A DNA stretch of 63,832 nt, counting the filler, from Octopus bimaculoides (Eukaryota): the NCBI RefSeq assembly GCF_001194135.2. It is 6 parts of 6 records of this genome, joined end to end, with 100 filler letters (N's around TTAATTAATTAA, not from the genome) between each part and the next. Parts side by side here need not be neighbours in the genome. Positions count along the whole stretch, not along the records: positions 22,619 to 40,803 come from NC_068985.1; positions 40,904 to 47,958 come from NC_069007.1; positions 48,059 to 53,889 come from NC_068984.1; 3 more parts are not named here. One strand, written 5' to 3'. Below, in pieces: positions 36,201-49,034 of this stretch; position 1 is the stretch's first letter, and the number at the start of each line of letters is the position of its first letter. The translations under genes and the position numbers were made by a program. Under the pieces are notes generated by a model, which worked only from the letters and a program-made list of their open reading frames with translations, did no database searches and was not told the DNA's origin.

Positions 36201-39072
36201 ATTTTCATATATTTGCTCGACCTGTTACTTATACTTAGATTATGGATAATAACAATATTATCTACCTGGACATCGATGTATGTAAATACAAACGTAGTGT
36301 ATATTGAATTGTCGGTGACAAATTCCACCTGTAAACTGAAGTTAATAGTAGTTAACATTTATAGCCTTGAAATATTTGAGATATTTAGCTTTTTAAGGAA
36401 TGTTAATGTTCTAAATAAACTCACCTCGAACATAAATGTGTCAACTTCTTCCCTCAATGATTTCTTGTCTATTTCCCCTTTGTGAAAATAATCAAGCAGT
36501 GTATCTAAAAAAGCCATTGTTTTCTTTCTCTGTGTGTCCCCATCTTCATTATCAGATTTTTTCTTCGAGTTTTTTAGATAGAGTGCACTGCGTTCTTCAA
36601 TCATCTATAACAATTGAAACAAATTGGGATAATGTTGAATACCAAAGAGAAAATTAATGATGCACTGGCGTATGCATGTTTAGGGTTAAGTTTACTTTAC
36701 GACCGTGTATTTCAGGGATCGATCTCACTGCACGAAAGTTTGGGTAAGTGTCTTCTTTTCTAAGTTTAGTAAATTGTGTGGAATACTGTCGTTTATATCT
36801 GTGAATGGCAGATTTGCTTTTCGTAGCTGACGTATCGAAAGGGCACAGAAACTCGTGCCTCCTACGATCAAGTGGTGTCATTTACAACTCAGAGTTTGCA
36901 CAAATATCTTGGAGAAGAAATTTCGGATCTTTTTTAAAACGGGGGCCACATTTTTCATTAACGAAACACTTTGAAACTTGGAACACTGGTAGAATGTGTC
37001 ATATAAAACATCTTTTTCTCTTAGTCTTCTTAAAAAAAAAAAGAAATCCATAAATTATTCCATGTTAAAGTTGTCGTATTTCTGTAATTTCAACCAATCA
37101 CTGACGTCCATTCAGCCGATATACATTAAGTGCCGACTACATAAACAAACGATTCTGAAACAATTAACCCTAACCCTAACCCTAACTCTANNNNNNNNNN
37201 NNNNNNNNNNNNNNNNNNNNNNNNNNNNNNNNNNNNNCTAACCCTAAGGTTAGGGTTAGGGTTAGGGTTAAAGCAAATTTAAAATGAAAAAAAGCAAATA
37301 AAACGAAGGTATGGAGATTAAATACGCTTTACATTGCTTAATGAGCCAAAGGAGTAAATGTAAACAACTGAATACTTGTCAGTGATTGGTTGAAATTATC
37401 GAAATAAGACAATTTTTTACATGAAATAAATTCGAATACAAAAATATTTTTCTGTTCTATAACACAAAATAGATAAGTATACGAAGTTTGAAAGTCTTTC
37501 GGTACCAAAAACACTACGTAAAACATTAATGAAAAATGTGGCCCCCGTTTTAAAAAAGATCCGAAATTTCTCCCGATGAATGCACTTGAATGTGTTGAAT
37601 ATGACGTGACATGAATAAATTTTATTGAACGCTGACATCTCTCTCTCTCTCTCTCTCTTATACACACACTCATGTACATGTACACACATACACACACACT
37701 AGTACTCCGTCGATTACGACGACGAGGGTACCAGTTGATCTGATCAACGGAACAGCCTGCTAGTGAAATTAACGAGCAAGTGGCTGAGCACTCCACAGAC
37801 ACACGTACCCTTAGAAGTGCTTAGGGAGATTCAGCTTGACACTGAGTGTGACTAGGCTGACCCTGTGAATTACAGGTACAACACATTTTTGCCAGCTAAG
37901 TCGACTGGAGCAACGTGAAAAAAAAGTATCTTGCTCAAAGACACAACATGCCGCCATGTATCGAGCTCACGACCTTACAGTCTTGAACTGAATATCCTAA
38001 CCACTAAGTCACGTGCCCTCATTCACTATCTGTCTGTCTGTCTCTCTCACACGCACACACACACATGCAAACATACACACATTCACGAGTGATGGGAAGC
38101 ATGAGGTTGAATTCAATGCTAGAATTGCAGTCGTTGGCTCAGTAACACCTGCTCCGGTATTCGATGTTCAGAAGAGAATTTGGTTTAAAAAAAAGCCAAA
38201 CTCGCTGTCTTTATTTCAGTTTCCTGTCTACTGTCACCTTTGGAAATAAATGATGGGTAATGACCGAAGGAGCATGATCGTAAAGAGAAGCAGCCGAAAT
38301 GAGGTACGTCCAAGGATCTCTGGAATAACATTACTTGACACAATGCGGAGCTTGCAGACCAGAGAAATTCTCCAAGCTGAAATCGCAGCTCTAGCTCTAC
38401 GAATATGTGATTAGAATGTCGCAGGAAAGGACTGCAAGAAGGATTCTTCAAGCGAAGTTAACTGGCAGGAGACCTAAGGGTAGAGCAAGAACGAGAAGGT
38501 TGGATAATAACCATAGTCCAAGTTGGTCACACTTGGGAATCCAGCCAGGAAGTGTAATGACGGATGGTTGCTTCTGAAAGAACATTATGGAGGAGGTGAC
38601 TGAGGACTCTTTCATGTATGTTTTTTCCTTAGACTTTTATTTAAGTTCTTAAGGGAGTTCAAACTTGTTACTAACAAAGCGACAAGACATTTGTGATACA
38701 AGAATTCCCGGTGTTTGTAAATATGTGGTTGAGTTATATTGTACATGTGAACTTTTAGTTAACAAATTCAAACATAACTAAAAAACAGAAATCGATGAAA
38801 TAAAAGTTGGACTTAAAAATAAATATTGGAATTGTTACGATGGACGTGGTTTAGCAAGCGATGTACCAGCAAGACCACAATTTACTGAGATAGACTAGTA
38901 GAAAAGATCACAACATACAAGTGGTATAAAACATAATTTGCATACCTTATCGGTGAAATCATGAAGGTATTTCAAACATTTAGCTGCTTCTTTCCCGTAA
39001 GGATGCAAATTGAAGAGAAAATCTGGCCACAACCAAGGTGATTTTGACTGGTAAGTAATTATATCAGTTATC
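30083..39072 (-). CDS. CYP4V2-like: Cytochrome P450 clan 4 (CYP4V-like), 3' seven exons; 5' exons not found
   Basis: join(39072-38946, 36604-36425, 34271-34169, 32656-32592, 31736-31670, 30927-30751, 30240-30083) gives 877 nt, open to the TAA. Motifs: PWLWPD, AFLDTLL, EEVDTFMFEGHDTT, KEVQRLYPSVP, DPDRF and FSAGPRNCIGQRFA. Confidence 0.95.
30751..30927 (-). CDS. CYP4V-like exon with meander and heme-binding loop
   Basis: tttacAG|...|GTAAGT. Encodes (G)HHEVKKGTPVSIMISSLHRDPQNFPDPDIFDPDRF...FIPFSAGPRNCI(G). 177 bp, phase 1-1. Confidence 0.95.
31670..31736 (-). CDS. CYP4V-like exon starting at the ExxR glutamate
   Basis: ttttttgtttaAG|GAG GTC CAA CGT...|GTAAGT. Encodes EVQRLYPSVPSIGRLAAEDFKI. 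67 bp, phase 0-1. Confidence 0.93.
32328..32535 (+). mobile_element. Family B SINE in a CYP intron (antisense to the gene)
   Basis: GGCGAGCTGGCAGAAACGTTAGCACGCC...GAGTTCAAATTCCGCCGAGGTCGACTT... Confidence 0.85.
32592..32656 (-). CDS. CYP4V-like exon (pre-K-helix)
   Basis: ctttttattcaAG|...AAG|GTAAAC. Encodes (E)ENDELTLQNLKKLVYLECVIK. 65 bp, phase 1-0. Confidence 0.92.
34169..34271 (-). CDS. CYP4V-like I-helix exon
   Basis: tcctccAG|GGG CAT GAT ACA...|GTGAGT. Encodes GHDTTAAGITWTLYFIAAYPDVQKKLQKEVDDFY. 103 bp. Confidence 0.96.
36425..36604 (-). CDS. CYP4V-like exon ending EVDTFMFE
   Basis: gttatAG|ATG ATT GAA...GAG|GTGAGT. 180 bp, phase 0-0. Confidence 0.96.
36912..37573. repeat. Inverted pair of related elements centred on (CCCTAA)n/(TTAGGG)n telomere-type repeats
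   Basis: A block of about 46 bp (36914-36961) is the reverse complement of 37526-37573, and a second block 37068-37118 matches 37366-37415. The centre is TAACCC x4 (37165-37190), a gap, then CTAACCCTAA|GGTTAGGGTTAGGGTTAGGGTTA. Confidence 0.85.
38085..38610 (+). mobile_element. Degenerate RTE (Rex3/Expander-like) LINE fragment, antisense in a CYP intron
   Basis: TSDGKHEVEFNARIA...KAKLAVF / WVMTE...EAAEMRYV / YVIRMSQERTARRILQAKLTGRRPKGRARTR...WSHLGI. Confidence 0.8.
38946..39072 (-). CDS. CYP4V-like exon (F/G region), most 5' exon found
   Basis: gtttttAG|G ATA ACT...AAG|GTATGC. Encodes ITDIITYQSKSPWLWPDFLFNLHPYGKEAAKCLKYLHDFTDK. 127 bp, phase 2-0. Confidence 0.94.
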
Positions 39073-39338
39073 CTAAAAACATTACGCAAACTGTCATTAA
39101 TTTAGTTACTGTTAATGAAATTAATTATGAACTTAAACGTATTACTTGACAAAACATGTTGGGTCTTGAGTCGGTTTCGATTGTTAGCGCTGTAGTACAT
39201 TATTAAGTATATTACAGACACACACACGCGCGCACACACAGACATACATACATACACACATATACATGTGTGTGTATGTGTGTGTATGCGTATCTATCTA
39301 TGTATATATCTGTCTGTCTGTTTATTTGTATATATGTG

Positions 39339-39377
<39 letters not shown>

Positions 39378-40202
39378 GTAAACAAAACCAAAAATGGAAC
39401 AAGAACGTAATAGGCAACTACAAAACATTCAGACAGTTAGAAGATATAGAAAAGACAGGATAAAACAAGGACAGGTCATTCGGATCCTTCTATCGTCAGT
39501 CGAGTTCCAGATCGTCGTTGCAGTTTCGCCGGTTATGCATGAGACTGCTTCAATCTGGCCGGCCCAAAGAAAATTCTAAGCTAAGCGCACTAGATTCTTT
39601 GGAGGAAAACAAGCGAATGTATACGAAAACAAGGATGACAAAAAAAAAAAAAATTGAGAAATGGTACATAATTACAAATAGAAACAACAGATCTCTTTCG
39701 ACTAAGGACGAATTAAATTAAGCTGGCGTGTGTGGAAGTGAAGCCTTACAACAGAAACATAAGAGACGAAAGTCATAGGAAGGAATATAAGAGATGCTAC
39801 ACGGATGGTAGTCGATTCAAGAAAGGGCAGTTTTGGAGGAACACCGATCACGCGGAAGGAGAGGAAAGAGGTAGGGGCAGAGGGATTGAAGAATTGGGGA
39901 GGGACGAGAGAGAGAGAAAAAGAAATGGAAGGGACAGAGTGAGGTAAAGGAGGAGGAAAAGTGATGAGAATGAAGGGAAGGCCAACAAATGTGAGAGAGG
40001 TGGGGGGGGGCGAGAAAAAGAAAAGTGTAAAGAACAAAAAAGTGTAAAGAGGGATAAAAGAAAGAGTAAAATAGTCAAGAGCTGCCGAAAAGTAACGTTG
40101 TGTTTTTAAGCAATAGTGCGAATAAAAAGTGTCCGAATAATCAGCATAAAGTAATAACCACATTAATGTGGCTATATGATGTGTGTGTGTGTGTGTGTGT
40201 GT

Positions 40203-40587
40203 GGAGGTACAATGGCCCAGTGGTTATGACAGTGGACTCGCGGTCATAGGATCGCGGTTTCGATTCCAAGACCGGGCGTTGTGAGTGTTTATTGAACGAA
40301 AACACCTAAAGCTCCACGAGGCTCCGGCAGGGGATGGTGGTGAACCCTACTGTACTCTTCCACCACAACTTTCTCTCACTCTCTCTTCATGTTTCTGTTG
40401 TACCTGTATTTACAAAGGGTCAGACTTGTCACACTGTGTCACGCTGAATATCTCCGAGAACTACGTTGAGGGTACACGTGTCTGTGGAGTGCTCAGCCAC
40501 TTGCACGTTAAGTTCACGAGCAGGCTTTTCCGTTGATCGGATCAACTGGAACCCTCGACGTCCTAAGCGACGGAGTGCCAACAACAA
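40203..40587 (+). mobile_element. Family E SINE, full length
   Basis: Same head, body and tail as 27090-27452. A partial copy also lies at 37705-37860(-). Confidence 0.9.
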
Positions 40588-40903
40588 TGATGTGTGTGCA
40601 TATGTTTGGTGTGATATTTTTTGGAAGACAAGGTCTTTAGTGAGCTGCACATTCGGCATGGCTTGCTTTACGAATCTCGTAAAGGCAACAGTGTAACATG
40701 TGCAAAGGAAAACAGGTACTGTATATCCTGATGGTTTGAGTATTCGAAAATGCGAAAAATTTAAGAAGGAAATTTCGAACTTTTGGATAAATATCAATCA
40801 GTGNNNNNNNNNNNNNNNNNNNNNNNNNNNNNNNNNNNNNNNNNNNNTTAATTAATTAANNNNNNNNNNNNNNNNNNNNNNNNNNNNNNNNNNNNNNNNN
40901 NNN

Positions 40904-40944
<41 letters not shown>

Positions 40945-41167
40945 CATACATACATACATACACGTATATTACAGGCTTCCATGTAATTTCCTTTTATCAC
41001 TCAGAAGGCATTTTTTGGTACTGTGCTATGACAAACTATACTTTCCCACTGTACTCCGTAGTGGGACTGAAATAGAAACTACGTATCTTCTAAGTGAATT
41101 CCTTCACCGCACAGCTATAGATCAACATAGATTGATCATAAACTGATAGAACGATAGATAGATAGAG

Positions 41168-41202
<35 letters not shown>

Positions 41203-41404
41203 CAGATAGATAGATAGATAGGTGAATGGAAAGAAACATCGTTTCATAGAGATTATGGGTAGATAAAGACATAGATAGACATACATATATATTGTATAGA
41301 TAAATATTCAAATATGTATATACGCACAAGTCAGACAGATAGTTAAATAGATAAGTATATAGGTAGATGTAGAGATAGTGACAGGGACATTGATATATAC
41401 ACAG

Positions 41405-41451
<47 letters not shown>

Positions 41452-44400
41452 ATGATGGTTTGAAAGAGGAGGTATACAGACACAGGAGACGAGGTATACA
41501 GGAAGACACATATTCTTTTGACAGTTTTAAAATAAATATCTGATATTGAGTAAAACTTTCAGTTTGGCAATCAAGAGCGCTTGTCATTGACAAGAGTGGT
41601 TGTAAGCCAAATGAAAAGAAAGTAAAAAAGAATATAGCAAACTTTCACTTCCGTACATAACTCGAGTTGAAATTAAAACCAATACAAGCACGCACACCCC
41701 AGCCAGATATAAATTATGTATGCATTTATATATATATATATATTATATATACATACACACATATACATGTATATATATTTATATATATATATATATATGC
41801 ATATATATATATATATACATACACACAAGCATATGGATATGAAACAAGTAGTTATAATATATCTATGTGTGTGAGTATGCACACACAGATATGTGTATAT
41901 ATATGTGTGTGTATGTGTATATATATATATATGTATATATTTATATATATACATATATATCCATATATATTTATATATATGGAAACAATTTTTTTGTTGG
42001 CATAATTGAAACTGTTATTGCACAATCCAGCGTTAATCGGAGTGGTGTACGAAATATGGTGATGTATATCTTCAAGAAAATATAAAAAATTCGCAAATGT
42101 AATCCTACATGCATACAGGTGTTTGGGTGGGGGCGACTGGGCATGTGTTCGGGAATGTTTGCGTGTATCTGTACATGTGGTTATCGATGTGGTTCCGCGT
42201 ACGCATGTGTATGCATCTGTTTGTACGCTAATGTTGTATGAGATTATTGTGTCTTTGGATAACGTGAAAATGTTCTTTTCTGTGTAGACATATACACATT
42301 TGTTCATGAACAGACACAGGTATATATGCATATATGCAGAAGCACACACACTCACACGCGGGCACTCACACGCGCAAACTAACGCACACATTCACACATA
42401 CATACGTACATGCATTCATACATAACGCACATACAGCCATACCTAAAATTGTAAATCGGCACATCCACACACAGACACATAGACACGCAACACATACGCA
42501 TACATACATGTATATAGACACACAACACATACACGTACACACATGTATATAGACACACCAATACATACACATACATGTATATAGACATACAGATTTTTCC
42601 TAAAATACATATGCATATAGTAACGTGTGTATGTATACATATATACGCACATATATAGAGAGACATTTGATAAATAGCTAGATAAATACATACATATATA
42701 TGCGTGTTTATATATATATATATATATATATATATNNNNNNNNNNNNNNNNNNNNNNNNNNNNNNNNNNNNNNNNNNNNNNNNNNNNNNNNNNNNNNNNN
42801 NNNNNNNNNNNNNNNNNNNNNNNNNNNNNNNNNNNNNNNNNNNNNNNNNNNNNNNNNNNNNNNNNNNNNNNNNNNNNNNNNNNNNNNNNNNNNNNNNNNN
42901 NNNNNNNNNNNNNNNNNNNNNNNNNNNNNNNNNNNNNNNNNNNNNNNNNNNNNNNNNNNNNNNNNNNNNNNNNNNNNNNTATATTTATATATATACATAT
43001 ATATCTATATTGATTCATATATATTTTATCAAATCATATAGTATTGTATTATATTATATAAATTTATATACGTATGTATACATATATATACTTGCAACCA
43101 TACATATTATATAGATGTACACAGGCATATATATATATATACGGGTGTTATTGACAATTTCACTCTAAAGAGACTGAAGAAGGAACAAATATAAAAACCA
43201 AAAGTAGAAACGAAAAGGAAAATATGACAAAAACATTACTATTACAATAATAAATAAATAAAAGCTACGATATCATGTGAAGTATAAAAAAACATTAAGG
43301 CAAACAAATAAAATAAAAACAAATTATGAGCCATTTAAAATAGATTGCTCAAGGGAGAGAATTTTGTAGGTGATCTATTAAATTTACTTGTCATCGAATT
43401 TAATGTTTCTTAACGCGTTTCTAACTATGTAGATGAAAATGTGTGTATATGTAAATATATATTTATATATATATGTATATATGTATATATATATATAAAT
43501 GTAAACATATATAGATATGTACATATATATATATATGTATAAGCATTTATAAATGTGTGTGTTTATATATACAGTTATACATATGGTTGATTTTGTGTTT
43601 ATGTAATTTATAAATTTTCATATTTACATATATTTCACTGTTTATTTTTACATATGCATACATACAAAGATATATAACACGAATATAAAAAAATGACATA
43701 CATAAGTATACTTCTATATATGTTTATACATGCGAACATACAAGCACATACACATACATATTTATATACATTCATATATATAAATATNNNNNNNNNNNNN
43801 NNNNNNNNNNNNNNNNNNNNNNNNNNNNNNNNNNNNNNNNNNNNNNNNNNNNNNNNNNNNNNNNNNNNNNNNNNNNNNNNNNNNNNNNNNNNNNNNNNNN
43901 NNNNNNNNNNNNNNNNNNNNNNNNNNNNNNNNNNNNNNNNNNNNNNNNNNNNNNNNNNNNNNNNNNNNNNNNNNNNNNNNNNNNNNNNNNNNNNNNNNNN
44001 NNNNNNNNNNNNNNNNNNNNNNNNNNNNNNNNNNNNNNNNNNNNNNNNNNNNNNNNNNNNNNNNNNNNNNNNNNNNNNNNNNNNNNNNNNNNNNNNNNNN
44101 NNNNNNNNNNNNNNNNNNNNNNNNNNNNNNNNNNNNNNNNNNNNNNNNNNNNNNNNNNNNNNNNNNNNNNNNNNNNNNNNNNNNNNNNNNNNNNNNNNNN
44201 NNNNNNNNNNNNNNNNNNNNNNNNNNNNNNNNNNNNNNNNNNNNNNNNNNNNNNNNNNNNNNNNNNNNNNNNNNNNNNNNNNNNNNNNNNNNNNNNNNNN
44301 NNNNNNNNNNNNNNNNNNNNNNNNNNNNNNNNNNNNNNNNNNNNNNNNNNNNNNNNNNNNNNNNNNNNNNNNNNNNNNNNNNNNNNNNNNNNNNNNNNNN

Positions 44401-45261
44401 NNNNNNNNNNNNNNNNNNNNNNNNNNNNNNNNNNNNNNNNNNNNNNNNNNNNNNNNNNNNNNNNNNNNNNNNNNNNNNNNNNNNNNNNNNNNNNNNNNNN
44501 NNNNNNNNNNNNNNNNNNNNNNNNNNNNNNNNNNNAATTTAATAAGTAACGGTCTCAAATTTCCTTCTCCCACCACAACAATTTGTAGTGGGAGGAGGAA
44601 GTCGATAACATTGACACCCAGTGCTCATTTATTACTTATTTTATCGACCCCTAAAAGCATGAGAAGCACAACCGATCTCGGACGAAAAACTGCTAACCAT
44701 TTTTATGAGGCATGATGACGATTTTGCCAGCTCGATGCCTTCTATGCTGTTTAAATAATGGTTTCCAAATTTGGTAGAAGGCCAGCGGTATTGGGGCAAG
44801 AGCTAAGGCGATTAGTTCTAACCCAGCGCTCGACTACTATCTATTTTATCGACCCCGATTAGTCGAATGGCTACGGCGACATCGACGGTATTTATACGTA
44901 GAACATAAAATGACGGCTAAAATGTCATAAAGTATTCCAGAAGCGGGAAATACTTTGTGTTCTGGAGTAATCCAGTTTATTTGACATTGGTCCATTTCAC
45001 TCAGTTTGCAAATCTCAGTAATCCTGCATCTAGTGGGGAATATGCGTCCCAAGAGAGCTCGAAAACCATCTCTATAAGTCTCTATGACACGGGAAAGATT
45101 TTCGAGCCTTTTTTGTCCTACACACGCGCTCGCATATATATCAGTGACAGAAGGAATATGGAGATATCTGCATACGTACATACAAATTCATAAATATATG
45201 GCATGTATATATATGCCTGTATGTGTGTATATATAGATTGACCGCTGACTGAACACTATTC

Positions 45262-45435
45262 AATTTTTTTTCTCCGTGTTTTTCTCCTTGTCTCCGTATT
45301 CTTTCTGTTGAAGAGTGTAACTCGAAACGTTAAAGACTTTTCGTATTCCCGAGCGTCATACTAATACATCCTTTTGTTGTTTACACCACCTGTCCTCGTC
45401 TGTTGTTGTTTTTTTCGTACATTCTCCCATATATA
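45262..45435 (+). mobile_element. Short interspersed repeat with a Penelope-type hammerhead-like core
   Basis: TTGAAGA-G-TGTAACT-C-GAAA-CGTT at 45308-45331, including the palindrome AACGTT. Confidence 0.5.
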
Positions 45436-45538
45436 NNNNNNNNNNTATTCCCGAGCGTCATACTAATACATCCTTTTGTTGTTTACACCACCTGTCCTCG
45501 TCTGTTGTTGTTTTTTTCGTACATTCTCCCATATATAC

Positions 45539-45573
<35 letters not shown>

Positions 45574-47453
45574 CGACGGTCTCCTTTCAGTTTATGCCTA
45601 CCAAATCCACTCACAACGCCCTGGTCAGCCCGTGGCCATAGTAGAGAACACTTGCAAAGGTGTCAGACAGTGCGACTGAACGCAGAAAAATGTGATTGAA
45701 AAGCAAGCTTCTTGCCATACAACTAGGTCCAATTGAACCATTGAGGGGAAACGTTTCAGCATTACGAGAATTTCATGGGGGTGCGTCGTTCAATTAAGGA
45801 ATGGCATGGTTTTTACGTTAGTGCTGGACAAGATTTGAAGCCAAAGAGATTTGACGAGAGAAAGTAAGACAAGAGAACGGAGATATCCGATTAGAGATGG
45901 CAACAACCCAACAGTGACAGTTATATATATATATATAGTAGCAGAAACAGAATGTAGAAGCAGAAACAGAATGTAGAAGCAGAATCAGTAGCAACAGCAA
46001 TTGCAGTGGTAGCAGTAGAAACAGACAAGAACTTCTCTAAAGGACAAAGAAATGAATTTGTCATTGGATGACTACTTGAATCATAATGAACCGATGACAC
46101 TAACCACTAGGCTAAGCGAGTTTTTTTCTCCTGACTCAGACATTGAATAAAATATAAGAATTCTGTTTTGGTTTCTAAAGATTAGAGCTGTTATAAAAGA
46201 AAGAACATGTGATAATTCTTAAGTTGTTGATACGATTACTATTGGTAAGTCTTGCACGCAAGTAGTTTACGGCTAAATTTGATATTGAGAAAAATTGTTG
46301 ACATAAGAACATAGCAGAAAATTTTTAAGTGATTTTCAGTATAGTGAACCTCAAAAATAGATATTTTTTAACATGTCAGGATATTTAACATTCGCAAATT
46401 CGTAAAGCTCTGAGATTTTTGTAGATCAAAGTGTAACCTTTTTTGTAAATGAATTAGTTTGAATTGTGAGGAATTATAAGTTTCTTTTGGTATCATATTC
46501 TAAATGTGATTCGCCACTGCTCGGCACACTTAGTAGATGCTTTCCGCTATATTGTCGGAATGAACAAAGATTTGTGAATGGATTTTAGTTGACAGAAATT
46601 GGAAGCATCTCGTTGAATATAGATAAAAAACTATTCACCGATTATATCTCGATTTTTCTCTGTATCTATATACATGCACACACATATATACTCACACATG
46701 TGTATGTATATATATATTTAAAGGGTTGTAAATTAGAAAGAATTTGTAAAAAGGACATTGTATATAAGGCAACAATTATAACACAGGGCCCCTCTAGACA
46801 TATCTACATAGTATACACTCAAAACTGGGAATTTCGAACCGTAAATCTACGTTTAGAGACTACAGGAATGCGAACAGTACCGGTCTCTATTATTATTCAT
46901 TACAATTATATATTTCTTATATAGCCAAATACTTCTTACATATGTACATAAGCATTCCAATCTATAATTATTACACAGAATTCATCTTATATAATATTCT
47001 TACATATCTTTCATATATTATATATTATTATCTTTATATATATATTTAAACTATGTACTTTTTGGCTCTTTCGCATAATAACGTACATTTACACCAAAAT
47101 CACCACTATGGTTTTCATGAATATCTTTTTAAACTATTATGGAAGTGCATGCACAATAATAAACGTTTTCTGTATATACATTATCCCCTACTACTTTTGT
47201 ATTTGAAGTATTATCGTATTTTTCGGTCTATGATAAAATCTGTGTCCATTATTGGCCATACATTCTCTCTATATTTATATACACGTAAGTATTTACAGTA
47301 AATTAATACTGTATGATTTTCATGTAGAAGACCGTAATTTTCATATCTATATAAAGTTATACACTCTCTTTCTTGTAATATACTTATCACGGAAAAATAT
47401 AACATTTTATATATATAAAAACTATTTTTTTATAACATTATAACGTTAGCCAT

Positions 47454-47866
47454 AGGCGTGAGAGTGACTGTGTGGTAAGTAGCTTGCTTATGAACCACAT
47501 GATTCCGAGTTCAGTCCCACTGCGTGGCACGTTGGGCAAGGGTCTTCTACTATAGCCTCGGGCCGACCAAAGTCTTGTGAGTGGATTTGGTAGACGGAAA
47601 CTGAAAGAAGCCCGTCGTATATATGTATATACATATATGTATGTGTGTGCATGTGTTTGTGCGTCTGTGTTCCTCCCCCTAACATCGCTTGACAACCGAT
47701 GGTGGTGTGTTTACGTCCCCGTAATGTAGCGGTTCGGCAAAAGACAACAATAGAATAAGTACTAGGCTTACGAAGAATAAGTCCTGGGGTCGAATTGCTC
47801 GACTTAAAGGCGGTGCTCCAGCATTGCCGCAGTCAAATGACTGAAACAAGTAAAAGAGTAAAGAGT
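47454..47866 (+). mobile_element. Family C SINE, full length
   Basis: Head AGGCGTG...GTGTGGTAAG...GAGTTCAGTCCC through to the tail TAAAAGAGTAAAGAGT. Confidence 0.9.
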
Positions 47867-48098
47867 ATACATTTAATACCTTTCTTATTAACCTCTCTTT
47901 TTCTTTTATTTTCTAACATTCCCTTTTCTCTAACCTCCCTTTTTTGCACTGATGAGTANNNNNNNNNNNNNNNNNNNNNNNNNNNNNNNNNNNNNNNNNN
48001 NNTTAATTAATTAANNNNNNNNNNNNNNNNNNNNNNNNNNNNNNNNNNNNNNNNNNNNACTTACATGGGAGCCGATGTGTCTACCGTCCGTCCATGAT

Positions 48099-48192
<94 letters not shown>

Positions 48193-49034
48193 TAGATAAT
48201 AGAAACTTCCCCAACAACAAAAACTAACATTAAAAATTCTGTAGCAATAAACTTTTAATAAATATTTTCCAGCTATCAATAAAGAACATAGAATATGAAA
48301 TAACTGAAATAGCCATCTATGTCTCAAACATAATGTAAATAACTGTCGATAGGCCTGTTACTGCGGTATTTGTCCTGAGATAACATCTTCTATAGGCATA
48401 CTGTTTTATCTGGGGACCAATCAGTAGTGTATATACATTAAGTATGATACTTAGATGGCTATTTTGATTAAATACTGCTTCAGTTACGTATACCGGATAG
48501 GAAATAACAACATACCAATGGGTAGTGTGCTTTATGTAATTCATATAATGCTGTTTGATATTTTAAATTCTTTAACTATCCACACGGACTCAACCCTGAC
48601 CAAATTATATCCCTTGATTTTAACCATCTGTTCGACTTCAAAGGAAGATATGGCTGAAACATTGAATTGAACTCAAAGTCCTCCGTTATCCATATAAAGT
48701 TCTCTGTAATAAAAAGCATACGAAGCATTTACAACGAAATGTGAGGCCTATATTCAAGTGGAAAAGTCATAAACAGAGATATAAACACAACAAAAACAAA
48801 TTTAACAAGCATTTGAAAAATAACGATAAAATTATATAGTTAAGAGACAAGAGAAATTTGTTTTTTATTATGAGCAGTGGCAAACACATTACAAAAATGA
48901 GCAATATATGATATAATTGTGCATAAATTAAGAAAGGCAATTCTACACATCTAGAAATTAAGCTCAATAAATTATTTACCGCTGCAAAAGGACGAATATA
49001 ATATTCGTTTCAAATACATAGAAAAACGGTTTAG

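Noticed and set aside
37165-37270. True telomere or chromosome-fusion site
   Set aside because: There are only a few units, the polarity is opposite to a fusion, and they are embedded in an intron between in-phase CYP exons.
39480-39640. RTE C-terminal fragment (RRCSFAGYA...GRPK)
   Set aside because: Too short and degenerate to list as a feature, though plausible.
45344-45536. 92-bp exact tandem duplication
   Set aside because: Identical copies flank a 9-N gap, most likely an unmerged contig overlap.
46745-46805. Minus-strand GPCVIIVALY as CYP4V exon 2 (compare GPVPMVALY)
   Set aside because: There is an in-frame stop just upstream, the spacing is wrong and no suitable splice sites are present.
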